From: Malacoraja senta
Lineage: Eukaryota
Direction: 5' to 3'
DNA: 20,000 nucleotides
Assembly: GCA_038087875.1 (NCBI GenBank)
Contig: JAXLNO010000446.1
Span: forward strand, 983,764-1,003,763
Below are positions 1 to 10,224 of this stretch, one piece after another (the stretch's first letter is position 1; the number at the start of each line of letters is the position of its first letter). The notes beneath the pieces were generated by a model. That model worked only from the letters and a program-made list of their open reading frames with translations, searched no databases and was not told where the DNA came from. A program made the position numbers and the translations under genes.

Positions 1-937
1 TTTCCCCATATCCCTTGATTCCTTTAGCCTGAAGAGCTAAATCTAACTCTCTTGAAAACATCCAGTGAATTGGCCTCCACTGCCTTCTGTAGCAGAGAAT
101 TCCACAGATTCGCAACTCTCTGGATGAAGAAGATTTTCCTCATCTCAGGCCTACCCCTTATTCTTAAACTGTGACCCCTGGTTCTGGACTCCCCCAACAT
201 CGGGAACATTTTTCCTGCATCTAGCTTGCCCAATCCTTTAAGAATGTTATAAGTTTCTATTAGATATCCTCTCATCCTTCTAAATTCCAGTGAATACAAG
301 CCCAGTCGACCCATTCTTTCATCATATGTCAGTCCAGCCATCCCGGGAATTAACCTGGTGAACCTACGCTGCACTCGCTCAATTGCAATGCTGTCCTTCC
401 TCAAATTAGGAGACCAAAATTGCACACAATACTCCAAGTGTGTTCTCACCAGGGCCCTATACAACTGCAGTAGGACCTCCTTGCTCCTAAACTCAAATCC
501 ACTTGCAATGAAGGCCACATGCCTTCTTCACTCCCTGCTGTGCCTGCATGCTTACTTCCAGTGACTGATGTACAACCATATCCAGGTGTCATTGCATCTC
601 CACTTTTCCTAATATGACACCATTCAGGTAATAATCTGCCTTCCTGTTCTTGCCACCAAAGTGTATAACCTCACATTTACCCACATTATACTGCATCTGC
701 CATGCATCTGCCCACTCACCTAACCTATCAAAGTCACCCTGCAACCTCATAGCATCCTCATCGCAGCTCACACTGCCACCCAGCTTTGTGTCATCCGCAA
801 ACTTGGAGATGTCACATTTAATTCCCTCTTCTAAATCGTTAATATATATTGTAAATAACTGTGGTCCCAGCACCGAGCCTTGTGGTACCCGACTAGTCAC
901 TAACTGTCATTCTGAAAAAGACCTGTTAATTCCTACT

Positions 938-1259
938 GTTAAAGAAGGAACTGCAGATGCTGGAAAATCGAAGGTACACAAAAATGCTGGAGAAACTCAG
1001 CGGGTGCAGCAGCATCTATGGAGCGAAGGAAATAGGTAACGTTTCGGGCCGAAACCCTTCTTCAGACTGATAAGGGGTGGGGAGAAGAAAGGAAAAAAGG
1101 AAAAAGGCGGAGGAGGAGCCCGAGGGCTGGGGGAGGGGAGGAGACAACCAGAGGGCTGATGAAGGGGAGGGGACAGCAAGGGCTAGCAGAATTGGGAGAA
1201 TTCAATGTTCAAGCCCCCAGGATGTAGACTGCCCAAGCAGAATATGAGGTGCATTTCCT
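938..1259 (-). mobile_element. Penelope-like element 3' fragment (end of GIY-YIG domain plus terminal repeat) inserted in the CR1, with a 16-bp target duplication
   Basis: Minus strand reads EEMHLIFCLGSLHPGGLNIEFSQFC*, matching the end of ORF 7146-7511; flanks are cctgttaattcctact (922-937) and cctgctaattcctact (1260-1275). Confidence 0.88.
1038..1065 (-). ncRNA. Minimal hammerhead ribozyme core in PLE terminal repeat
   Basis: Minus strand CTGAAGA-A-GGGTT TC GGCCC-GAAAC-GTT: both core boxes, stem II and a palindromic AACGTT stem III; stem I is short. Confidence 0.65.
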
Positions 1260-1840
1260 CCTGCTAATTCCTACTCTTTGCTTCCTGTCTGCCAACCAGT
1301 TCTCTATCCATGTCAATACCCTCCCCCCAATACCATATGCTCTAATTTTGCACACTAATTCTTGTGTGGAACCCTTATCCATTCTACTTGTTCCATCTTC
1401 AAAAAATTCCAGAAGATTAGTCAAGCATGATATCCCGTTCATAAATCCATGCTGACTTTGACCGATCCCGTCACTGCTTTCCAAATGCGCTGCTATAACA
1501 TCTTTAACAATGAACTCCAGCATCTTCCCCACTACCGATGTCAGGCTAACTGGTCTATAATTCCCCGTTTTCTCTCTCCCTCCTTTCTTAAAAAGTGGAG
1601 TTACATTGTCTACCCTCCAGTCCACAGGAACTGACCCAGAGTCGAGAGAACATTGGAAAATGATCACCGAAGCATCCACGATTTCTAGGGCCACCTCCTT
1701 GAAAGGACCAAGTAAAGCCTTGTTTGACAGCGACGCCCTTGCAATGTGGAAGAGTTACAGGACTGCAGTTCATCTTTTTATATTTTATTTAGAGTCTGCG
1801 TCTCTCAGCCAAATCATTAGATTGATGTCAGTAACAAGTG

Positions 1841-1897
1841 CGGTGCTGGCTCGAAGGGCCGAATGGCCTCCTCCTGCACCTATTTTCTATGTTTCTA
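1841..1897 (+). mobile_element. CR1 3' tail fragment
   Basis: cggtgctggctcgaagggccgaatggcctcctcctgcacctattttctatgtttcta, same tail as at 3008-3060 and 19798-19850. Confidence 0.8.
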
Positions 1898-2000
1898 AGT
1901 GGTGATAATTTTACAGCCTTCAATACCGAGACATTTGCTTTTTGGAAAAAAAATAAAAAAAATAAACGATCCCTGTATGTTTCTGGTGCCTTCACGACTA

Positions 2001-2299
2001 TTAGTTCAGTTTAAGTTAGAGAATGCAGCACGGAAACAGGCTCTTCGGCCCACCAAGTCCGCGCCGACCAGCGATCACCCCGTACGCTAGCACTACCCTA
2101 CACACCGGGGACAATTTATAGATGCCACTTAACCTACAAACCGGTACGTCTTTGGAGTGTGGGAGGAAACCGGAGCACCCGGAGAAAACCCACGCAGGTC
2201 ACGGGGAGAACGTTCAAACTCCGTACAGACAGCGCCCGTAGTCAGGATGGAACCCGGGTCTCTGGCGCTGTGAGGCAGCAACTCTACCGCTGCGCCACC
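2001..2299 (-). mobile_element. HE1-like tRNA-derived SINE (V-SINE superfamily)
   Basis: Minus strand: A-box-like tggcgcagcgg, B-box-like gggttccatcc, central gttctccccgtgacctgcgtgggttttctccgggtgctccggtttcctcccac domain, CR1-type tail and (taaac)n-like end. Confidence 0.9.
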
Positions 2300-2654
2300 T
2301 TAAAATACGTGAGATATTAAATTGCCAAAAGCAGCAAATAATATATCTTATCTAGGGTCTAGTTATCCTGGATAACTTCATCTCACCTTCAAATAGGGTA
2401 ACATTCAAAGGAGTTTAGTTCAGCTTACTTTACAATCTGTTATTTTAAAAACATATTTATTTAGTTTTTGAAAGCCCATTGTCTGGATCAAAACCTTTTA
2501 TAATGCTGGTATTTACACTATTATAGTTCAGGCCAACTACTTAAATAACATTAATATCATAAAAATAACAATTATATTTTAATACATTCAAGTAGTTAGT
2601 AAATGCAGATCGCTGGTCTGAATGAACTCTGATAACTGCAGGTTCATGAGGGAA

Positions 2655-2770
2655 CAAGGAGCTGCAGATGCAGGAATATTGAGCAGAATATAAAGTGCTG
2701 GAGGAACTCAGAGGGTCAGGCAGCATCTGTGGAGGGAAAGGACAGATTGGGACACTCCTTCAGAGTCTGA
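2655..2770 (-). mobile_element. Decayed PLE terminal-repeat fragment
   Basis: aaggagctgcagatgc...gtgctggaggaactcagagggtcaggcagcatctgtggag, homologous to 941-1030. Confidence 0.75.
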
Positions 2771-2807
2771 ACATAGAATGGTACAACACAGGAACAGGCC
2801 CTTCGAC

Positions 2808-3060
2808 TTTTTCACGCAGAGGGTTGTGAGTCTGTGGAATTCTCTGCCTCAGAGGGCGGTGTAGGCCGGTTCTCTGGATACTTTCAAGAGAGAGCTAGAT
2901 AGGGCTCTTAAAGATAGCGGAGTCAGTATTGTTGAGACAGGGGATATGGGGAGAAGGCAGGAACGGGGTACTGATTGGGGATGATCAGCCATGATCACAT
3001 TGAATGGCGGTGCTGGCTGGAAGGGCCGAATGGCCTACTCCTGCACCTATTGTCTATTGT
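2808..3060 (+). mobile_element. CR1 3' end (last codons and 3' UTR, ctattgt-repeat tail)
   Basis: Near-identical to 19612-19850; ends cctattgtctattgt. Confidence 0.9.
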
Positions 3061-3504
3061 CACATTTCAAGAGTATTTCATTATCAGGCAATGGAAGATT
3101 GAAATTATGAGAGAATTAGAAACAAATCATTGCAGCTGCTGGTTTACAAAAGAGAACACCCGACACAATCATCTTGGGGACAGACATTGTGTTCCGGTCC
3201 GTTCCGACGTTGGAGTTCCGATCATCCCGAAGAGAGAGCCTGTACATCGGGCCATCAGTAGCAGCGACTGCGGAGGGTTCAAAGGGAACCTTCTCAGTGG
3301 GAAAGTTGATTCCGCTGTGTGAGGATGTTCATGTTAAACTCTATCGTGTATTGTGTTCATTTTATACGTATGCCTGCACAGTAACACAAAGGGTTCCGAT
3401 CGGAAACACCATCAGATCAGATCATTCCCCTCAAAGATGCTGCCTGTCCCACTGACTTGAGTACACTGGTTCTATGTTATCCCACTGTATCATTAACTCC
3501 CGAC

Positions 3505-3684
3505 ACACCACAGGCAATTTACAGAGGGCCAATTAACTCGCACATTTGGGAGTGTGGGAGGAAACCGGAGCTCCCAGAGAAAACCCACGCAGGTCACGGG
3601 GAGAAGGTACAATCTCCGTACAGAGAGTCAGGATTGAACCCGGGTCTCTGGCGCTGTGAGGCAGCAACTCTACCGCTGCGCCAC
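3505..3684 (-). mobile_element. HE1-like SINE, partial
   Basis: Homologous to 2100-2299; B-box gggttcaatcc on the minus strand. Confidence 0.85.
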
Positions 3685-3762
3685 TCTATGACTCTGAATT
3701 TACGAGTCTGGTGGTGAGCGCTTCCAAGCCTCTACATCCATACTGCAACTTCCTCCAGCTGA

Positions 3763-4230
3763 GGGCGGCACGGTGGCCCAGCGGTAGAGTTGCTGCCTCA
3801 CAGCGCCAGAGACCCGGGTTCCATCCTGACTACGGGTGCTGTCTGTACGGAGTTTGTACGTTCTCCCTGTGACCACGTGGGTTTTCTCCGGGTGCTCCGG
3901 TTTCCCACACTCCGCAGACATGCAGGTTTGTGGGTTAATTGGCTTAGTAAAATTGCAAACTGTCCCTAGTGTGTGTAGGATAGTGTTAGATTGCGGGGAT
4001 CGCTGGTCAGTGCGAACTCTGGGTACATTCAAGAGAGAGCTAGATAGGGCTCTTAAAGATAAGGGGATATGGGGAGAAGGCAGGAACGGGGTACTGATTG
4101 TGGATAATCAGCCATGATCATATTGAATGGCGGTGCTGGCTGGAAGGGCCGAATGGCCTATTGTCTATTGTCTATTGACTCGGTGGGCCGAAGGGCTTGT
4201 TTCTGCGCTGTATGTCTAAACTAAACTAAA
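3763..4230 (+). mobile_element. HE1-like SINE split by a CR1 3'-end insertion (about 4020-4176)
   Basis: SINE runs from gggcggcacggtgg to gtgcgaactc, then CR1 3' UTR ending ctattgtctatt, then resumes gactcggtgggccgaaggg...ctaaactaaactaaa. Confidence 0.9.
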
Positions 4231-4714
4231 TATAAAGCTGACCATCTCGTGCTTGTTGATACACCCCTACATTCTTCACATCAGCTGTGGCCTCCGCAGC
4301 ATCTGTTCTCTACAATTGCCTTCGTTTAATCCCTCTGTTGTCCAGAAAAACCTCCCGACAATCCACGCCCTGAGAAAATGACTGCCTACCTCTCAAAACT
4401 CTCATAAGGCTCAAATCTAATATAACGTGATTACCTTTCAGGAAACATGTTGGGGAATTAGCTGTTTGCAAATACATTTTGCAAAAACCATAATTCCTAC
4501 AATCTGTGCACTCTGTGATTTCTTCAAAAAATTCATTAATTTAAATTAGCCAAGCAGGACCTGCCCTTTGCAAGTCAAAGCTGCTGGAAAATATTCATCT
4601 ATTAAATCTATACACCTTTCCGTCAAAGATCAAGAACGGTAAATCCCTCCAAATTAATTCATTCTACAAGTGAAAGTCTATTAGATGAACAATTAAACCC
4701 CCAGCAGCAAAAAT

Positions 4715-5260
4715 GCTGAGTTACTCCAGCACTCTGTGAAACGTCACCTATCCATGTTCTCCACAGATGCTGCCTGACCCGCTGAGTTACTCCAGCACTC
4801 TGTGAAACGTCACCTATCCATGTTCTCCACAGATGCTGCCTGACCCGCTGAGTTACTCCAGCACTCTGTGAAACGTCACCTATCCATGTTCTCCACAGAT
4901 GCTGCCTGACCCGCTGAGTTACTCCAGCACTCTGTGAAACGTCACCTATCCATGTTCTCCACAGATGCTGCCTGACCCGCTGAGTTACTCCAGCACTCTG
5001 TGAAACGTCACCTATCCATGTTCCGGCAGCATCTATGGAGCGAAGGAAATAGGCAATGTTTCGGCCCGAAACCCTTCCGGGTTTCAGCCCGAAACGTTGC
5101 CTATTTCCTTCAGGGTTTCGGCCCGAAAGGTTGCCCATTTCCTTCGCTCCACAGATGCTGCCTGACCCGCTGAGTTACTCCAGCACTCTGTGAAACGTCA
5201 CCTATCCATGTTCTCCACAGATGCTGCCTGACCCGCTGAGTTAATCCAGCACTCTGTGTC
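4715..5260 (+). repeat. 66-bp PLE-derived tandem array with palindromic core (copy 1; opposite orientation to copies 2-4)
   Basis: Unit gaaacgtcacctatccatgttctccacagatgctgcctgacccgctgagttactccagcactctgt starts at 4738, 4804, 4870, 4936, 5002 (partial) and 5192; core about 5024-5146. Confidence 0.95.
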
Positions 5261-5375
5261 CATTATCAGTGGGGTTTTCTGTCAGTCACATCATACACGT
5301 GTAATTCTGTGGAACCCATTAGTCAAAGTGAAAACACCACGACGAACAATGACATTGTAGCTGTAGACATCTTAC

Positions 5376-5480
5376 AGAATCACCTGCTGTTTTCTCCGAT
5401 CTTCAGAATACTGGAACCTAATGCAGTTTGAGTTGAGAGAGAATCTCCTGAGAGGACCTCCATAAGGATGCCAGAGTCTC
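5376..5480 (-). other. Weak candidate internal exon in non-repetitive sequence
   Basis: Acceptor tccttctgtctttatcag|GAG; donors CAG|gtgatt (exon end 5384) or TCT|gtaaga (end 5376); open frames DSGILMEVLSGDSLSTQTALGSSILKIGENS or RLWHPYGG..QQVI; no recognised homology. Confidence 0.25.
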
Positions 5481-5497
5481 CTGATAAAGACAGAAGG

Positions 5498-5985
5498 AGT
5501 TACAGAGTGGTAAAGTGATGCAGCATGGAAACAGGCCCTTCGGTCCAATTTGCTCGCACCAGCCAACATGTCTCAGCGCCACTCGTCCCACCTGCCTGTG
5601 TTTGCCCCGTATCCCTCTCAACCTGTCCTGTCTGTGTACCTGTCCAAAAGTCTTTCAAATGTTGTTATAGTCCCTGCCTCAACTACCTCCTCTGGCAGCT
5701 CAATCCATACACCCGCCACCCTCTGTAGGAGATGGTTGCCCCTCAGGCAACTGTGTTCAAATGATCACACTAGTCCAATAGTCCAAACCCAGCATCAACT
5801 TTGTCTTGTGCAACTGTAACATGACATCCCCACTATTACATTCAGTGCTCTGTGTGATAAAGGATAATGTACCAAAAGGCTTTTTGAACGCTCTATCTAC
5901 CTGTGACACCACTTTCATGGAAGGATGTACCTGTGCTCCTCGATCTCTCTGCTCTACAACACTCCCCAGAGCCCTGATATTCACC
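5498..5985 (-). mobile_element. Old CR1 fragments (HER1-like 3' tail shared with the SINE)
   Basis: 5498-5748 is homologous to 17325-17575; 5765-5985 is a decayed RT C-terminal segment (LGSVVEQRD..QVDRAFKK..DVMLQL). Confidence 0.8.
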
Positions 5986-5997
5986 ACCTTTAAACAT

Positions 5998-6640
5998 GTG
6001 GACATGCAGGTCATTGGTTTACCAAAACCCCCCACAAAATGTCAGCGTAACTCAGCGGGTCAGGCAGCATCTGTGGAGAACATGGATAGGTGACGTTTCA
6101 CAGAGTGCTGGAGTAACTCAGCGGGTCAGGCAGCATCTGTGGAGCGAAGGAAATGGGCAACCTTTCGGGCCGAAACCCTGAAGGAAATAGGCAACGTTTC
6201 GGGCCGAAACCCGAAAGGGTTTCGGGCCGAAACGTTGCCTATTTCCTTCGCTCTATAGATGCTGCCGGAACATGGATAGGTGACGTTTCACAGAGTGCTG
6301 GGGTAACTCAGCGGGTCAGGCAGCATCTGTAGAGAACATGGATAGGTGACGTTTCACAGAGTGCTGGAGTAACTCAGCGGGTCAGGCAGCATCTGTGGAG
6401 AACATGGATAGGTGACGTTTCACAGAGTGCTGGAGTAACTCAGCGGGTCAGGCAGCATCTGTGGAGAACATGGAAAGGTGACGTTTCGGATTTGAGAATG
6501 TTTCATCGGACTGCGAGTCAGGGGAGCCTCAACCGGAAACGTCATCTATTTTTTTCCTCAGAGATGCTGCCTGACCCGATGAGTTACTCCAGCGTTTTGA
6601 GTCTATGTTCGGTGTAAACCAGCATCTGCAGTTCCTTCCT
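5998..6640. mobile_element. Decayed fold-back PLE repeat hosting array copy 2
   Basis: Left arm remnant about 5998-6046 and inverted right arm about 6535-6640 (gaaacgtcatctatt...gtaaaccagcatctgcagttccttcc). Confidence 0.7.
6047..6487 (-). repeat. 66-bp tandem array with palindromic core (copy 2)
   Basis: After the core (about 6145-6267), units end (gtttc) at 6289, 6355, 6421 and 6487. Confidence 0.95.
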
Positions 6641-6775
6641 GCATTACAAACACCTCTGAATGTTCAAATAACTTTGTGGGGAGAAAGCAATTCGCATTGA
6701 AAGTCCAGGCACCAACATTACAGGAGACACAAGAACTTCAGATGCTGTATTTTTGATCGAAACACAAAGTGCCGT

Positions 6776-7068
6776 GTAGAGCTGCTGCCTCACAGCGCCA
6801 GAGACCCGGGTTCCATCCTGACTGCGGGTGCTGTCTGTACGGAGTTTGTACGTTCTCCCCGTGACCTCGTGGGTTTTCTCCGGGTGCTCCGGTTTCCTCC
6901 CACACTGCAATGATGTACAGGTTTGTAGGTTAATTGGCTTGGTGTATAATTGTAAATTGTCCCTAGCGTGTGTCGGATATTGTTGGTGTGCGGGGATCGC
7001 TGGTCGGTGCGGACTCGTTGGGCCACAGGGAATGTTTCCGCACTGTATCTCTAAACTAAACTAAACTA
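6776..7068 (+). mobile_element. HE1-like SINE, 5' end clipped
   Basis: gtagagctgctgcctcacagcgccagagacccgggttccatcc ... ctgtatctctaaactaaactaaactaa. Confidence 0.9.
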
Positions 7069-7074
7069 ATATTT

Positions 7075-7190
7075 AAGGTACACAAAAATCGATATCTCCT
7101 TCGTTCCATAGATGCTGCCGCACCCGCTGAGTTCCTCCAGCATTTTTGTGTACCTTCGATTTTCCAGCATCTGCAGTTCCTTCTTTAACA
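7075..7190 (+). mobile_element. Short PLE terminal-repeat insertion with a small inverted 5' piece
   Basis: aaggtacacaaaaat is the inverse of atttttgtgtacctt further along; ends ctgcagttccttctttaaca. Confidence 0.8.
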
Positions 7191-7206
7191 TTTAAAACTA
7201 ATATTT

Positions 7207-7706
7207 ATTCTATTAATAATATCTATTGCATCCGCTGCTCTAGATATCAGCTGATCTACATCGGTGAGACCAAGCGGAGGCTTGGCGATCGTTTAGCCAA
7301 ACACCTCCGCTCGGTCCGCAATAACCAATCTGATCTCCCGGTGGCTCAGCACTTCAACTCCCCCTCCCATTCCGAATCCGACCTTTCTGTCCTGGGCCTC
7401 CTCCACGGCCAGAGTGAGCACCACCGGAAATTGGAGGAGCAGCACCTCATATTTCGCTTGGGCAGTTTACACCCCAGCGGTATGAACATTGACTTCTCCA
7501 ATTTCAGGTAGTCCTTGCTTTCTCCTCCCCTTCTCAGCTCTCCCTCAGCCCTCTGGCTCCCACCACCCTACATCAGTCTGAAGAAGGGTTTCGGCACGAA
7601 ATGTTGCCTATTTCCTTCGCTCCATAGATACTGCCGCACCCGCTGAGTTTCTCCAGCACTTTTGTCTACCTTAGATTTTCCAGCATCTGCAGTTCCTTCT
7701 TAAACG
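7207..7706 (+). mobile_element. Penelope-like element 3' part: GIY-YIG endonuclease and terminal repeat with degenerate hammerhead
   Basis: NIYCIRCSRYQLIYIGETKRRLGDRLAKHLRSV..VAQHFNSPSH..RKLEEQHLIFRLGSLHPSGMNIDF (to 7511), then ctgaagaagggtttcggcacgaaatgtt at about 7578-7605. Confidence 0.92.
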
Positions 7707-7835
7707 CTAAACTAATATTTGTTCCTTTCACCAATCTGATTTATACAGATTTTGTGAGCATCAAATATTGTTTGTGTGGAAAGTTGCTGAGAACACATTC
7801 ATTGCCACAGTTGAGTAATTACCCCGGTTGTTATT

Positions 7836-7927
7836 AAATCTTTTCCCCCTCACCTTAAACCTATGTCCTCTGGTTCTCGATTCCCCTACACTGGGCAAGA
7901 GACTCTGTGCGTCTACCCGATCTATTG
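7836..7927 (-). mobile_element. CR1 fragment
   Basis: Matches about 17583-17676. Confidence 0.8.
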
Positions 7928-7980
7928 TTCCCACAAAATTATCACATATTTGTGGTCAGCAGGTTGTTAGTAAATTGTAA

Positions 7981-8317
7981 TTAGTTTAGTTTACTTTCGC
8001 TTAATTTAGTTTAGTTTTAGAGATACAGTGTGGAAACAGGCCCTTCTTTTCACCGAGTCCGCGCCGACCAGCGATCCACGTATACTAAAATTATTCTACA
8101 CACACTAGGGACAATTTACAATTATACCAAGCCAATTAACCTGCAAACCTGTACGTCTTTGGAGTGTGGGAGGAAACCGGAGCACCCGGAGAAAACCCAC
8201 GCAGGTCACGGGGATGAACGTACAAACTCCGCACAGACAGCAACCCGTAGTCAGGATGGAAGCCGGGTCTCTGGCGCTGTGAGGCAGCAACTCTACCGCT
8301 GCGCCACCGTGCCACCC
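7981..8317 (-). mobile_element. HE1-like SINE, full length
   Basis: (tttag)n tail, central V-domain and tRNA-like head gggtggcacggtggcgcagcggtagag on the minus strand. Confidence 0.9.
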
Positions 8318-9056
8318 ACTGGGCAAATGACCACACTGTTTGGCAAATTTGTGATCAAAGAGGCTGTTAATAAATTGTAATTGTTGGTAATTCGGGATAA
8401 CATGTCATGAAATTGTCCATCATCAAGGAGCGAAGACATCAATGATTCATTTAGCAAGATCGCTTTGCAAATTATATAATCATCGTCTGGTTAAGTCCCA
8501 ATTTTTTTTAAGTTGAACCAGTACAGTAAACACCGAGCTCTCAAAAGACGATCAGTTTTTCTTTGCTCTGTTTCATCTCATTTAAACTTATTCATGAGAT
8601 GTCTTCTGGGTGGTATTTAGAGTGAATTTTTAATGCTTTTACCGGTTTGCAAGAATTACTTTCTTGGGAGAATCTTCATGAAAGATGTTACCCGTAGCAA
8701 CCAGACTTCTTCTCCCTCATATTCTTTAGCATATATTTTCATAATATCAGAAGTAAGTCATTTGGATACAGATATAACTATTATTACTACACATCAATTA
8801 CCTGATTTATAATTCAACAATATAACCTTTAATTCAATTTAAACCAAACATCGGGTGTATAAAATTACATTAATTTATCATTGGCCACTAAATATTAATT
8901 ATATTTGGAGTCCTTCGTTCACTTATAAAAGAACAAAAAAAACAGGACAGAAAATTGCAATTTTATGGAATGCAATTAAACTTAAGGTGAAATTATTCTC
9001 AGGTCAAAAATGTAGATTTTGCAGTTAGAAATAGTCTTAATCATCAAAAATAAAGA

Positions 9057-9609
9057 CACAGAGTGCTGGAGTAACTCAGCGGGTCAGGCAGCATCTGTGG
9101 AGAACATGGATAGGTGACGTTTCACAGAGTGCTGGAGTAACTCAGCGGGTCAGGCAGCATCTGTGGAGCGAAGGAAATGGGCAACCTTTCGGGCCCAAAC
9201 CCTGAAGGATTTCGGGCCGAAACGTTGCCTATTTCCTTCGCTCTATAGATGCTGCCGGAACATGGATAGGTGACGTTTCACAGAGTGCTGGAGTAACTCA
9301 GCGGGTCAGGCAGCATCTGTGGAGAACATGGATAGGTGACGTTTCACAGAGTGCTGGAGTAACTCAGCGGGTCAGGCAGCATCTGTGGAGAACATGGATA
9401 GGTGACGTTTCACAGAGTGCTGGAGTGACTCAGCGGGTCAGGCAGCATCTGTGGAGAACATGGATAGGTGACGTTTCACAGAGTGCTGGAGTGACTCAGC
9501 GGGTCAGGCAGCATCTGTGGGGAACATGGATAGGTGACGTTTCACAGAGTGCTGGAGTAACTCAGCGGGTCAGGCAGCATCTGTGGAGAAACGGAATAGA
9601 TGACATTTC
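9057..9609 (-). repeat. 66-bp tandem array with shortened palindromic core (copy 3)
   Basis: Units end at 9123, then 9279, 9345, 9411, 9477 and 9543; the last unit grades into a diverged PLE repeat running to about 9634, with an inverted arm at about 9672-9760. Confidence 0.95.
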
Positions 9610-9814
9610 GGGTTGAGCCCTTTCTTCAGACTGAGAGTTACATGTCAGGCCAGTCTGAAGACGTCAGAGAGTCAGTCTGAAGAAGGGTCTCGACCCAAAA
9701 CATCACCTTCCTTCTCTCCAGAGATGTTGCCTGTCCCGCTGAGTTACTCCAGTTCTTTACGCCCATGCCTGACGTAACTTCTTTTACCTGACTAGAGTCC
9801 CAATATATGGTAAA

Positions 9815-9985
9815 AGCTGCCAGAGGTTGGACTATAACAAGACGTAATGAATATTTGGGCAGGTGTATGGATGGGAAATGTTTAGAGGGATATGGGTCAA
9901 ACGCTGGCAAATGGACTAGTGCAGTTAGGGCATCTTGGTTGGATTGGCCAAGTTGGGCCGATGAACTGTTTCTGTGCTGTATGAC
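9815..9985 (+). mobile_element. Old CR1 3' end
   Basis: ctgccagagg...gagggatatgggtcaaacgctggcaaatggactag...aagttgggccgatgaactgtttctgtgctgtatga; inverse of about 17345-17530. Confidence 0.75.
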
Positions 9986-10123
9986 CTTACGATACATTTA
10001 AAAGCTGCCCTGTACCCAAATATCTGTTACCTGGAAGCAACCAGCTCTTCCGTCAACACCTCAAAGATCTCAAAGATCCTGGCTATCAAGACCAAGATTG
10101 GCCTTGCCCACATATAGGATTTC

Positions 10124-10224
10124 TACCTCATCGGAGATGCTTGGACTATCTTTAATCGGACTTCACTAGACGTTGTCTTGCACTAAACGTTATTCCCTTT
10201 ATCCTGTATCTATACACCGTGGAC
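10124..10224 (+). mobile_element. LINE 3'-UTR-like fragment between direct duplications
   Basis: taaacgttattccctttatcctgtatc shared with about 14570-14605; flanked by tcaagaccaagattgg(c/t)ttgccc-type repeats at 10086 and 10228. Confidence 0.55.

Larger units (their letters stand above)
1..1700 (-). mobile_element. CR1-clade LINE, 5'-truncated and decayed ORF2 (RT domain and C-terminus, start of 3' UTR), interrupted by a PLE insertion at 938-1259
   Basis: ORFs 1209-1694 (VPVDWRVDNVTPLFKKG..NYRPVSLTSVVGKMLE..SQHGF..SCLTNL), 589-900 (VPQGSVLGPQLFTIYINDL..KFADDTKL) and 24-518 (LYRALVRTHLEYCVQFWSP..ERVQRRFTR..GLYSLE) are collinear CR1 RT motifs, with frameshifts and deletions. Confidence 0.95.

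Noticed and set aside
3700..4117. SINE-derived ORFs (also 6644-7064, 8030-8380, 11444-11704, 16813-17214)
   Set aside because: The same pseudo-peptides recur in every SINE copy in variable frames.
7146..7511. Intact or domesticated GIY-YIG nuclease gene
   Set aside because: It is a 5'-truncated retrocopy; the ORF start is a non-ATG codon within an adjacent repeat.
10031..10085. Minus-strand micro-exon (IFEIFEVLTEELVAS, CAG|gtaaca)
   Set aside because: Too short, with a poor acceptor and no recognisable homology.
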